Source: an uncultured Lachnospiraceae bacterium (GTDB taxonomy: Bacteria; Bacillota; Clostridia; Christensenellales; UBA1242). Taken from it: a DNA stretch of 64,000 bases. This document shows, piece by piece, positions 53,980 through 62,822 of this stretch. Each line of letters opens with the position of its first letter. Positions within the stretch are counted from its first letter, which is position 1. The notes beneath the pieces are model-generated. The model saw nothing but the letters and a program-made list of their open reading frames with translations. It searched no databases and was not told where the DNA came from. The DNA lies in assembly GCA_964653635.1 (NCBI GenBank), contig CAZZGZ010000002.1, positions 794 to 64,793 of the forward strand, given 5' to 3'. A program made the translations under genes and the position numbers.

Positions 53980-55212
53980 ATGTTGGTTAAGGTTTCTTCA
54001 AAACTTCAAAAACTTTCCAAACTATTTCCAAATGACTTATTTGTTGTTGGAGGATATGTGCGAAATTATCTTCTGGGGTTGACTACGAATGATGTTGATT
54101 TAGCTAGTAACATGACTGTTGAAAAGGTGGTCAAAATTTTAGAAAATACTGAGTATGTGGTTAAGGTCAAAAACCCCATTTTAGGTACAGCGGTAATATC
54201 GTGTGGCAGTGAGAGTTATGAATACGCATGTTTTAGGCAAGAGATTACGAGCGATGATGGGAGCCATACTCCACTTTCTGTTAAATTTTGTGATGATATT
54301 GAAACAGATGCTAAGCGAAGGGATTTTACAATAAACGCCATATATTATAACATCAAAAAGAATGAAATAATTGATTTCTTTCAGGGTGTTATTGATATAC
54401 AGCAACGTGTTATACGTGCAGTCGGTGATCCAGACCATCTTTTTAAAGGAGATGGACTTAGAATATTAAGGATGGTACGATTTGCTAGTGAACTTGGATT
54501 TAAGATAGAAAAGCGTACGTACAGGTCGGCTAAGAAAAACATAAGCACTTTAAAAAACATTTCTGGAGATAAAAAGTATAGCGAAATAGTGAAAATATTT
54601 GAAAGTGGGCAAAAGTATTATAAAGATTATTTGCCTGAAAATCGAGCTATTTTGGGACTTGAAAAATTAAATGATATGAAAGTTGGTACTTATTTTGGAT
54701 TGCCTTGTAATAAAATTAAATTTGACATGGCAAAAAAGGTACAAAACTTCAAATACGGATTGTTAATTGATATAATAGATACTGTTAATCCTGTCTGTCT
54801 TGAACATTTCTTAGATGACTTTTTATCATATCTAAAAATATCACGAAAAAAAATTACTTTGGTAACTCATGTTCTATCTGCCTATTATGAGGCTCTATAT
54901 AAACTGGATAATAAAACATATTTTTTTAGATATTTCGATTGTTTTCCAGAAGTGAGAATACTTTTATTGGCTAAATCAAAAAAAATAACGCAAAAATATA
55001 GTTTCTTTTATAACTACATAATAAGTCACAAGCTTGCCATAAGTGAAAAAGATTTAAAAATTAACGGACAGGACATTCAAGAGAATTTTAGCAATTTGGA
55101 TAAAAAGGCATATCCAAAAGTTTTAGAAGAGCTTTTAAGCAAAGTTTTTGATGGAGAAGTACAAAATACAAAAAAAGACCTTATAGAATACTTAAAAATG
55201 ACAATAAAATAA
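53980..55212 (+). CDS. cca: CCA-adding tRNA nucleotidyltransferase / poly(A) polymerase family
   Basis: VVGGYVRNYLLGLTTNDVDLAS and RRDFTINAIYY. Confidence 0.85.
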   Translation: MLVKVSSKLQKLSKLFPNDLFVVGGYVRNYLLGLTTNDVDLASNMTVEKVVKILENTEYVVKVKNPILGTAVISCGSESYEYACFRQEITSDDGSHTPLSVKFCDDIETDAKRRDFTINAIYYNIKKNEIIDFFQGVIDIQQRVIRAVGDPDHLFKGDGLRILRMVRFASELGFKIEKRTYRSAKKNISTLKNISGDKKYSEIVKIFESGQKYYKDYLPENRAILGLEKLNDMKVGTYFGLPCNKIKFDMAKKVQNFKYGLLIDIIDTVNPVCLEHFLDDFLSYLKISRKKITLVTHVLSAYYEALYKLDNKTYFFRYFDCFPEVRILLLAKSKKITQKYSFFYNYIISHKLAISEKDLKINGQDIQENFSNLDKKAYPKVLEELLSKVFDGEVQNTKKDLIEYLKMTIK

Positions 55213-55246
55213 TTATAAAATTTCAATTAAAACACATAATAAAAAC

Positions 55247-56764
55247 ATGAAAAATGAAAAAAAGAAATCCAAAAAAGCATTTTTTTACTTATTAGGTGTT
55301 TTTTCTTTTGCTGTTGCAATATTAGTTTTTTGTCAAATTTATTTTGATGAGGGGCTACTTGCTTCTGATAGGTTCGTGGAAAACACTAGTATAAATGGTA
55401 TAGACGTTTCAAATTTAACAACTGCACAAGCACAGAGTCTTATTTCCGCTGAGCTAATTAAAAAAAGAGATGATGTATCGTTAGAACTTAGCTTTGATGA
55501 CAAAATCTACAAATATTCTGGCAAAGATTTTGAGGTGACAAGTGAAATAGGGGATGAGATAGATAAGGCATTAGATTATTACAAAGGGAAAAATGCTTTC
55601 GTAACAAGGCAGAACATCAAGAAGATCAAAAAAGAGGGAGTAAATCTAAATGTATCCTATAAAACTATCCTTGCAGGATTGGACTCTAAGATAGATGAAA
55701 TTGCCAACGAAATAAATCAAGAAATGGTCGAAAGTAAATTAATGTTCGCTCCTGATGAAAGTGAAATGTTTTATTTTACTGAGGCAAAACCTGAAATTAT
55801 TGTGGATAAGGAAAAATTATTAAAAGATATTGATGAGAGCTTTATAAATAGTACACATGCAAAGGTGGCTATTCCCACGAGCGTGACTTATCCAATACTT
55901 GATAAAAAAGGTATGCTTGAAAATATCAAGTTGCGTGGTGAATTTAAGACTGACTATTCAAAAAGTGGTAATGATCGGAAAAACAACATCAAAACTGCAT
56001 TATCAAGCTTCAACGGAAAAGTTTTAGAACCTCAAAAGACGATGTCGTTCAATGAGACTACGGGATTAAGAGATAGTGATAATGGATATAGAACTGCACA
56101 CATAATTGTCAATGGGCAATATGTAGATGGTATGGGTGGTGGAGTTTGTCAGGCGTCAACAACTGTGTATAATTGTGCATTGCTTTCAGGACTGGATGTT
56201 ATTGAAGTCAATCATCATACACTACCTGCCTCATATGTGTCTTTGTCTTTTGATGCTATGGTTTCGGGTGATTATTCCGATCTAAAATTCATCAATAATA
56301 CTAATAGCCCGATTTACATAAAAGCGTGGGGAGATGATAATTTTGCTCATGTACAGATGTATGGCACTCCTAACGAATATAGTTATGAGTTAAAAAGTGA
56401 ACTTGTGAAAATTCTTCCTCATAATGGTGATAAGATTGTAAAGGATACAAGTGGTGAATATGAAAGCAAAGTTTTATATGAAGGAGAATATTTTAGACTT
56501 TCATATCCAAGAGAGGGGTATGAAAGCAAGGGATATTTGGTTGTTAAAAAAGATGATGTGGTGATTGAACAAAAGCTTATTCGACATGACTACTATCAGG
56601 CAGTAGATGGTATTGTTATTGAAGGTGGAAATGAGCCTTTTCCTGGTATGGTTATACCTGCTACCGATGTTAAAATAATTAAACCGCAAATTGTTTCAGA
56701 CAATGATTTAGATGCAGTACGCAAAAGATTAGAAAAAATAAATCCAACAGCATACAATCAATAA
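55247..56764 (+). CDS. VanW-family protein
   Basis: N-terminal anchor and the VanW core GGGVCQASTTVYNCALLSGL. No SD; CATAAT(55235-55240) ends 6 nt before the ATG. Confidence 0.85.
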   Translation: MKNEKKKSKKAFFYLLGVFSFAVAILVFCQIYFDEGLLASDRFVENTSINGIDVSNLTTAQAQSLISAELIKKRDDVSLELSFDDKIYKYSGKDFEVTSEIGDEIDKALDYYKGKNAFVTRQNIKKIKKEGVNLNVSYKTILAGLDSKIDEIANEINQEMVESKLMFAPDESEMFYFTEAKPEIIVDKEKLLKDIDESFINSTHAKVAIPTSVTYPILDKKGMLENIKLRGEFKTDYSKSGNDRKNNIKTALSSFNGKVLEPQKTMSFNETTGLRDSDNGYRTAHIIVNGQYVDGMGGGVCQASTTVYNCALLSGLDVIEVNHHTLPASYVSLSFDAMVSGDYSDLKFINNTNSPIYIKAWGDDNFAHVQMYGTPNEYSYELKSELVKILPHNGDKIVKDTSGEYESKVLYEGEYFRLSYPREGYESKGYLVVKKDDVVIEQKLIRHDYYQAVDGIVIEGGNEPFPGMVIPATDVKIIKPQIVSDNDLDAVRKRLEKINPTAYNQ

Positions 56765-56853
56765 ATTTAAAAAAAATCACGAAAAAATTATAAAAAATCG
56801 CTATTTTTATAATTTTTTTACATTTTTTGATTAATTTATCACATTATAACTTT

Positions 56854-57561
56854 ATGAAAGAGCTTACTAAAAAACAAAAAATTTTAAGAAGTTTAATCGT
56901 AATTTTTTGTTTTTTGTTTTTAATTTTAGGTGTTTTCTTATTCTTAAAATTTACTGGCTTTTATGAAAAAATTAATTCGGTTCAAAAACTAAAAGATGCT
57001 ATAATTAGCTTCGGCATTTATGGGAAAATATTTTTTGTTACCTTGCAATTTCTTCAAGTAACCTTTTTACCCATACCATCCACGATAGTGACTATAACGG
57101 GTGCTTTAATCTATGGGGCATTAGAGGCGTCTCTTTTAAGTTTTGCAGGTATTTTATTAGGTAGTGCGTTTGCCTTTTACCTCGGGCAAAGTTTTGGTAA
57201 AAAATTAGTGAGTTTCATGGTAGGTGAGCAGTCATGCAGAAAGTGGACAGCGAAATTAAATAAGGCAAAATATAGTTTTTTCATTATGATGCTTTTGCCA
57301 TTTTTCCCAGACGACATTTTGTGTCTAGTTGCGGGGCTTACGGATATGAGTTGGGAATTTTTTATAATTGTAAATCTTGTTTCAAGACCGATAGGGATAC
57401 TGATTACATGTTATCTCGGAAGTGGGACACTTATACCTTATAGTGGTTGGGGTATTCCAGTGTGGATAGTGATTATAATAGCAACTTTAATTCTTCTATA
57501 TTTAACAACGAAATATCAAGACAAAATAGATGATTTTATCACAAAAAAACGAAAAAAATAA
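56854..57561 (+). CDS. DedA/TVP38-TMEM64 (VTT domain) membrane protein
   Basis: FLQVTFLPIPSTIVTITGALIYG...GSAFAFYLGQSFGKKLV. Start taken at ATG 56854 (MKELTKK). Confidence 0.8.
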   Translation: MKELTKKQKILRSLIVIFCFLFLILGVFLFLKFTGFYEKINSVQKLKDAIISFGIYGKIFFVTLQFLQVTFLPIPSTIVTITGALIYGALEASLLSFAGILLGSAFAFYLGQSFGKKLVSFMVGEQSCRKWTAKLNKAKYSFFIMMLLPFFPDDILCLVAGLTDMSWEFFIIVNLVSRPIGILITCYLGSGTLIPYSGWGIPVWIVIIIATLILLYLTTKYQDKIDDFITKKRKK

Positions 57562-57716
57562 AAAAAAGATTTGTTTTTGAGTTTGATACATTAATTAAGA
57601 AAATAAGACAATAAAAAATAAAGCATTTTATTGTATTACTTTATTGATTTGACTAAAAAAATCTAAATTACTATATACCTTATTTTGTATCCTAAGCAAG
57701 ATGACATAATTGCTTT

Positions 57717-58586
57717 TTAGTATTTTACATAACAACCAATTGCGAGTGAACCATCACCGATATGGCAAGCTACTGAAAGAGATAAAGGATCGACAAAATC
57801 AACTTTGATATTAAATTCCTTGAAAAATTCGTTTGCTTCTTTTCCAAATTGTTCAGCACAGGCGTAATTATTTGTATGAGCTATAGAAATTCCCATTTTG
57901 CCCAAAGTTAATAGGTCATTAAATCTAGTTTCTAAATCTTTTTTAACAGCTTCTAGCATCTTTATTTTAGCTGTTTTTATGTTTATAACTTTTGTGAATT
58001 GATCAAGCTTTCCACCTTGAATTTGAAGGACTGGCTTGATGTTTAAAAGAGTGCCAATAGCTGCAGCTGCGGGAGTTACTCGTCCGCCACGTTTTAAATA
58101 CTTTAAAGTATCTACCATTATGTATATGCTTGACTGGGCGGCAGTTTTTTCAAGATATTCTTTAATCTCTTTTGCGTTTTTCCCCTCTTTTGCAAGTTTT
58201 AGTGCGTCATACACAGATTGTTTTTGTGTAATAGATATTCGGTGATTATCAGCGATTTCTACTTTACCATTAAAATCCTCAGAAAACTTTTTTGCAGTTT
58301 CGCATGTTTGAGATAACCCACTCGACATAGGTATCTCAACAATTTGATCATATTCCTTTAAAAGATTATTCCAAAGGTCGATTTTAGCACCTATTGCTGG
58401 TTGTGATGTAGAAATTTTATCCTCTGTTTTGAGTTTTATAAAAAATTCAGCTTGTGATAGATTGATATCTTCAAAATATTCCACACCGCTTATTAAGAAT
58501 GGCATAGGTACAACAACTACACCCATTTTTTTTGCTTCTTCTTGTGTAATCCCACTATTACTATCAGTAACGATTGCAACTTTCAT
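57717..58586 (-). CDS. DegV-family fatty-acid-binding protein
   Basis: MKVAIVTDSNSGI..., 289 aa, typical DegV length and N-terminus. Confidence 0.9.
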   Translation of the reverse strand: MKVAIVTDSNSGITQEEAKKMGVVVVPMPFLISGVEYFEDINLSQAEFFIKLKTEDKISTSQPAIGAKIDLWNNLLKEYDQIVEIPMSSGLSQTCETAKKFSEDFNGKVEIADNHRISITQKQSVYDALKLAKEGKNAKEIKEYLEKTAAQSSIYIMVDTLKYLKRGGRVTPAAAAIGTLLNIKPVLQIQGGKLDQFTKVINIKTAKIKMLEAVKKDLETRFNDLLTLGKMGISIAHTNNYACAEQFGKEANEFFKEFNIKVDFVDPLSLSVACHIGDGSLAIGCYVKY

Positions 58587-58674
58587 TATACTTTTTCTCC
58601 TTGACTAATTGACTAACCAATATTATATAATATTTTGATTATCAAAGCAAATTTTTTAACGCATTTGCGAAAAT

Positions 58675-58839
58675 TTATTCACTAATATATAGAATTGTGC
58701 CAGGTTTGATGTCTTTTGGTGAAATTTTGTTATCAATTAAGATTTTTGTAGGATTGACGTTAAGTTTGTATGCGATAGAATTTAAAGTATCATTTAAAGT
58801 CACAAAATAGAAATTTTTATTTTTAATAATAATGCTCAT
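58675..58839 (-). CDS. 54-aa stand-alone LysM-domain micro-protein (not in the supplied ORF track, which lists nothing shorter than 60 aa)
   Basis: My translation of the minus strand is MSIIIKNKNFYFVTLNDTLNSIAYKLNVNPTKILIDNKISPKDIKPGTILYISE*. It fits the LysM pattern (YxVxxxDTLxxIAxKxxV....L...N.....I.PG..L.I). GAGGG lies 3 nt upstream of the ATG. Confidence 0.5.
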   Translation of the reverse strand: MSIIIKNKNFYFVTLNDTLNSIAYKLNVNPTKILIDNKISPKDIKPGTILYISE

Positions 58840-58904
58840 AAGCCCTCATATTATTATATTCTAAAAATTGATGGATATAACATATAAATAATTCGGAGAT
58901 TGCT

Positions 58905-60437
58905 ATGTTTAAAAATGTTGTCCTAATAACAATTTTTTCAGTTATAACCAGAGCTTTAGGTTTTTTATTTCGAATATATCTGTCACGACAGATGGGAGCG
59001 GAAGCACTTGGAATTTATCAAGCAACTTTGTCGGTGTTTTTTGTTCTTCTGACTTTTGTTTCGAGTGGACTACCTCTTATCATCTCTCGTAATGAAGCTG
59101 GTTATAAAGTTCAAAAAGATGAAAAATCAAGAGGACGATTGATTTCGTCAAGTCTTGTGATAGGACTTGTAGTTAGTGCAATCTTGACTTTAATGGTATT
59201 GATTTTTAGAAATGCTTTTTCTTTAGTTTTTACTGACGATAATTGCATAATGCTGTTAATAATACTTTTGCCGAGCTTAGTTTTTTCAGCTGTATATAGC
59301 GTATTTCGAGGAATGCTTTGGGGAGATGGACGATTTTTTTCGCTTTGTGCATCAGAGTTATTCGAACAGGTAGTTAAAATTGCGACAGCTGTGCTTCTTT
59401 TAGGCGGGACTTTATCTGCATTAGAAAGTGCAATGTCAGTTGCATGGGCGTTTACTATATCTTGCATTGCTTCGTGTATATATGTGGTGATTGAGTACTT
59501 TGCCTATGGCGGAAAATTAGGAAGACCTAATATGCAGAGAAAGATTTTGAAGGAGTCTACACCTATTACGGGAGTCAGAGTGGCATCAAGTCTTGCTCAA
59601 CCTCTTGTTGCATTTATAATTCCATGGCGTCTTACTACCATAGGATACACAACAGCTCAAGCTATGTCTTTATATGGAATTGCAGTCGGCATGACATTTC
59701 CTTTGATATTTTTGCCTTCAACATTGATTGGTTCGCTCTCAACTGCCTTAATACCCGATATTTCTAGCGCACTTGCACAAAATGATGAAAAACATGTAGA
59801 AAATCGTATAAAATCCAGTTTGCTATTTTCAATTTTTGTTTCAAGTATTTTTATGACGTTATATCTCGGACTTGGTACGATGATAGGAATATTTTTGTAC
59901 AATGAACCACTCAGTGGATCCTTGCTTGAAATAGCTAGTTTTGCATTAATCCCTGTGGGACTAACTGGTATAACTTCTGCACTACTCAATTCAATGGGAC
60001 TTGAAATTAGATCCTTTATAAATAGCATATTTGGTGCAATAGTTATGCTTGTGGCTCTTTTAGTTTTGCCTAGTTTCATAGGAGTAAATTCACTTGCGGT
60101 GGGATTTGCACTATCAAATGCACTCAACTGCCTTTTGAATATAATAACTATAAAAAGAAAAACAAAAATACATTTAGGTATAACCAAAAGTTTAGTTATT
60201 TTGACCCTGCTTGCAATTCCGACTTCCGCTCTTGCATACTTTTTAGGACAGATACTATACGTTTGTTTTGGAATGTTTTTAGCATTATCACTATCTTGTA
60301 TTATAGCTACAATATTTTACGTATTATTATGTATAGTGTTTGGTGCTGTAAAAATCGAGTTTTTTAAAGAGGCGATAGAGAGAAAATTTCCTAAATTGAA
60401 TATCAAAAAATTTAAAAAACATACTAAAAAAACATAA
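58905..60437 (+). CDS. MOP-superfamily polysaccharide/lipid II flippase, SpoVB-like
   Basis: 510 aa, about 14 TM helices, N-terminus ITRALGFLFRIYLSRQMGAEALGIYQATLSVFFVLLTFVSSGLPLIISR resembles SpoVB. Confidence 0.75.
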   Translation: MFKNVVLITIFSVITRALGFLFRIYLSRQMGAEALGIYQATLSVFFVLLTFVSSGLPLIISRNEAGYKVQKDEKSRGRLISSSLVIGLVVSAILTLMVLIFRNAFSLVFTDDNCIMLLIILLPSLVFSAVYSVFRGMLWGDGRFFSLCASELFEQVVKIATAVLLLGGTLSALESAMSVAWAFTISCIASCIYVVIEYFAYGGKLGRPNMQRKILKESTPITGVRVASSLAQPLVAFIIPWRLTTIGYTTAQAMSLYGIAVGMTFPLIFLPSTLIGSLSTALIPDISSALAQNDEKHVENRIKSSLLFSIFVSSIFMTLYLGLGTMIGIFLYNEPLSGSLLEIASFALIPVGLTGITSALLNSMGLEIRSFINSIFGAIVMLVALLVLPSFIGVNSLAVGFALSNALNCLLNIITIKRKTKIHLGITKSLVILTLLAIPTSALAYFLGQILYVCFGMFLALSLSCIIATIFYVLLCIVFGAVKIEFFKEAIERKFPKLNIKKFKKHTKKT

Positions 60438-60507
60438 AAAATTCAAAAAATCTTGTTTTTTTGTTAAAAAATTGCAATTTTTTTCATATTTTGAAAATAC
60501 TAAGAAC

Positions 60508-61218
60508 ATGTTCACGATAATTCTTAGAGCAATTATAGTATATGCGATTGTGCTTTTGGTTTTTAGATTAATGGGTAAAAGACAACTAGGGCAAATGCAA
60601 CCTTTTGAACTGGTGCTAACGCTCATCATTGCCGACCTTGCAACTATTCCTATGGCAGAGGTGACTGTGCCTGTGTTACATGGTATCATACCACTACTAA
60701 CTTTGGTGGTGATTCACTTTATCTTGACATGGCTAAATAAATTTAGTCCCTTTATGTCTAAGGTCATAAGTGGTAAACCTGTAATTGTAATCAATCCCGA
60801 TGGTATAGATGAAAAGGCACTTGCCGAACTTAATATCTCTATTGATGATGTTATGGAGGCTGTGCGTGGATGTGGTTATTTTAGTCTTGAAGAGGTGCAA
60901 TATGCTATAATGGAAACAAATGGGAAGATGAGTGTCTTGCCAAAAAGCGAATTTGCTCCACTTACAAAAGGTGATCAAAATATTAAGGCAGAAGAAAGTG
61001 TTTTGCCAGTTAATATCATCAGCGAAGGAAAGGTACTAAAAGAAAATTTACAAACTGCGAAACTTAGCGAAGATGGGGTGACAAAACTTGTCGAAGAAAG
61101 TGGTGCAAAAAATGTTAAGCAAATCTTAATTCTGTCAATAGACAAAAATCAAAAAGTGTTCTGTCAACTAAAAAATCAAAAGGCAAAATCCTTCACTTCC
61201 AAGGTGGAGAGGGCATGA
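60508..61218 (+). CDS. DUF421 (YetF/YrbG-like) membrane protein
   Basis: RLMGKRQLGQMQPFELVLTLIIADLA is the DUF421 signature. Start taken at ATG 60508. Confidence 0.8.
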   Translation: MFTIILRAIIVYAIVLLVFRLMGKRQLGQMQPFELVLTLIIADLATIPMAEVTVPVLHGIIPLLTLVVIHFILTWLNKFSPFMSKVISGKPVIVINPDGIDEKALAELNISIDDVMEAVRGCGYFSLEEVQYAIMETNGKMSVLPKSEFAPLTKGDQNIKAEESVLPVNIISEGKVLKENLQTAKLSEDGVTKLVEESGAKNVKQILILSIDKNQKVFCQLKNQKAKSFTSKVERA

Positions 61219-61619
61219 ATAAGAGATTATTTATACATATTGTCAATTTCCTTGTAATTCTTGCCTTTATGGTGGCAATTTGCATAATTGAGGATAGTGT
61301 TGTAAAAAGTTCATTGAAAAAAGTCGAATCTTATTGTTATGAAATTGAAACACTTTCTTATAATGCCGATGATTTGAGAAATAGAGATTTAGTTTTGCTT
61401 GTGGATAATTTGGAATTTGAGTGGAAAGAAGATGAGGCTAAAATGTGCTACCTTGTCGACCATAAAGCTATCCAAGAGATTGGCATTGAAATTGTGCGAC
61501 TTAAAAACTACATCTCCGAAAATGAGCTTACAGAATTTAAGATATCATTAGAACTCATACGAAATTACACACATACCTATCTCCATTTCATGGGGGCAAG
61601 CTGGCATAATGTGTTATAA
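61215..61619 (+). CDS. Small membrane-anchored protein, DUF4363-like (usual partner of DUF421)
   Basis: 134 aa, N-terminal TM helix, ATGA overlap with the DUF421 gene. Family assignment is from context and memory. Confidence 0.5.
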   Translation: MNKRLFIHIVNFLVILAFMVAICIIEDSVVKSSLKKVESYCYEIETLSYNADDLRNRDLVLLVDNLEFEWKEDEAKMCYLVDHKAIQEIGIEIVRLKNYISENELTEFKISLELIRNYTHTYLHFMGASWHNVL

Positions 61620-61730
61620 AAAAGGACTCTTGTGATGACACTAAAAGGTCACCTTACAAAAGCCCTTTTTTGTATTATTTTGTGTCTTATTTCAAAACAG
61701 CAAATTAACCATATTTAAAAAGCCAAAATA

Positions 61731-62735
61731 CTATTGTTGGTAAAAATCGATTCCCTTATCTGTCGATAGTGCTAAACAGTCTGAATATTTATAGCCGAAG
61801 TTTTCTAGGAATACTTCATCGCCAGCCTCTATCCAATATTGCGAGTAAATTCCATCTAAAACTTCTATGTCGTCAGGGGTGATTCGCTCATTAAAAATGT
61901 CGTTAATCATTTCCTCAAAAAGAGTATTTGTGCCCTTGTATAAAGGGGCATCAATACATGGGAGGCGATCCAGTGAAAATGGTACAGAATGTCCTGATAG
62001 TCTATCTTTATATTTTTGGAAGAAGTTGTCAAAGGTTGCTATAGCCGTTTCCTTTAAGAAGGCTTTTAAACTATTTAATTCTTCGTCTGTCAAATCTGAA
62101 AGGTATGTGAATTGCGAATATAAAACTTCCTGACCATAATTGAGGTATAAATCTGTAAAATCTAAATACATCTCATAGAGCATTTTTTCAGTCAGCTGGA
62201 TATTTGATGAATAATCGCTCAAAATTTTATTAACGTATGTTCCGAAGTTACAAGTCATCCCTACATCATAATTAATCTTAATCCACTTATTTTTAAGAAG
62301 AGTTTTTAATAGACTAATATCGTTGTTATAAATATTGACATTTTGGTCATTAACTGTAAATAAATCTTTGACAAATTCAACGGAATAATTATGAACAAGC
62401 TCTTTAATCTCGGCAAAGGTTTCATCTGAAACTATATTTCTGCCATCATATGTGGTATTGTTTTCTACTAAATTGTCATAATACTGTTGAGCATTTTGAG
62501 GGTCGGATATGGGGGAAAATTGACTCAGTTGCGATAGTTTGTAGACGCCATCTTCAACCTTATTTGAGGAAGTGATGCCTTCATAGATTGTGGTAAATGG
62601 GTTAGAACAGGAGGAAAGGGTGAAAACAGGCAGTGTGGCTAAAGAGCCTGCAAGAGCTATAGAGGCAACTTTTTTTAGTATTTTAGGCAATTTTTTATCT
62701 TTTTTATCACTTTTTTCGAAATTTATTTTATTCAT
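61731..62735 (-). CDS. Hypothetical lipoprotein
   Basis: Signal peptide ending TLSSC (lipobox). SD AAAGGAG. Confidence 0.7.
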   Translation of the reverse strand: MNKINFEKSDKKDKKLPKILKKVASIALAGSLATLPVFTLSSCSNPFTTIYEGITSSNKVEDGVYKLSQLSQFSPISDPQNAQQYYDNLVENNTTYDGRNIVSDETFAEIKELVHNYSVEFVKDLFTVNDQNVNIYNNDISLLKTLLKNKWIKINYDVGMTCNFGTYVNKILSDYSSNIQLTEKMLYEMYLDFTDLYLNYGQEVLYSQFTYLSDLTDEELNSLKAFLKETAIATFDNFFQKYKDRLSGHSVPFSLDRLPCIDAPLYKGTNTLFEEMINDIFNERITPDDIEVLDGIYSQYWIEAGDEVFLENFGYKYSDCLALSTDKGIDFYQQ

Positions 62736-62788
62736 AACAACTCCTTTTTTTGCATTATATCATAAATAGTTGTTTTTTGCAAATTTAT

Positions 62789-62816
62789 TTGTTTTTTTTA
62801 AAAATATTTATATAAT
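62789..62816 (+). promoter_or_regulatory. Promoter of the GLUG-like surface protein gene; leaderless candidate
   Basis: TTGTTT(62789-62794), 16-nt spacer, TATAAT(62811-62816), then AAAAAT and ATG at 62823. Confidence 0.5.
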
Positions 62817-62822
62817 AAAAAT

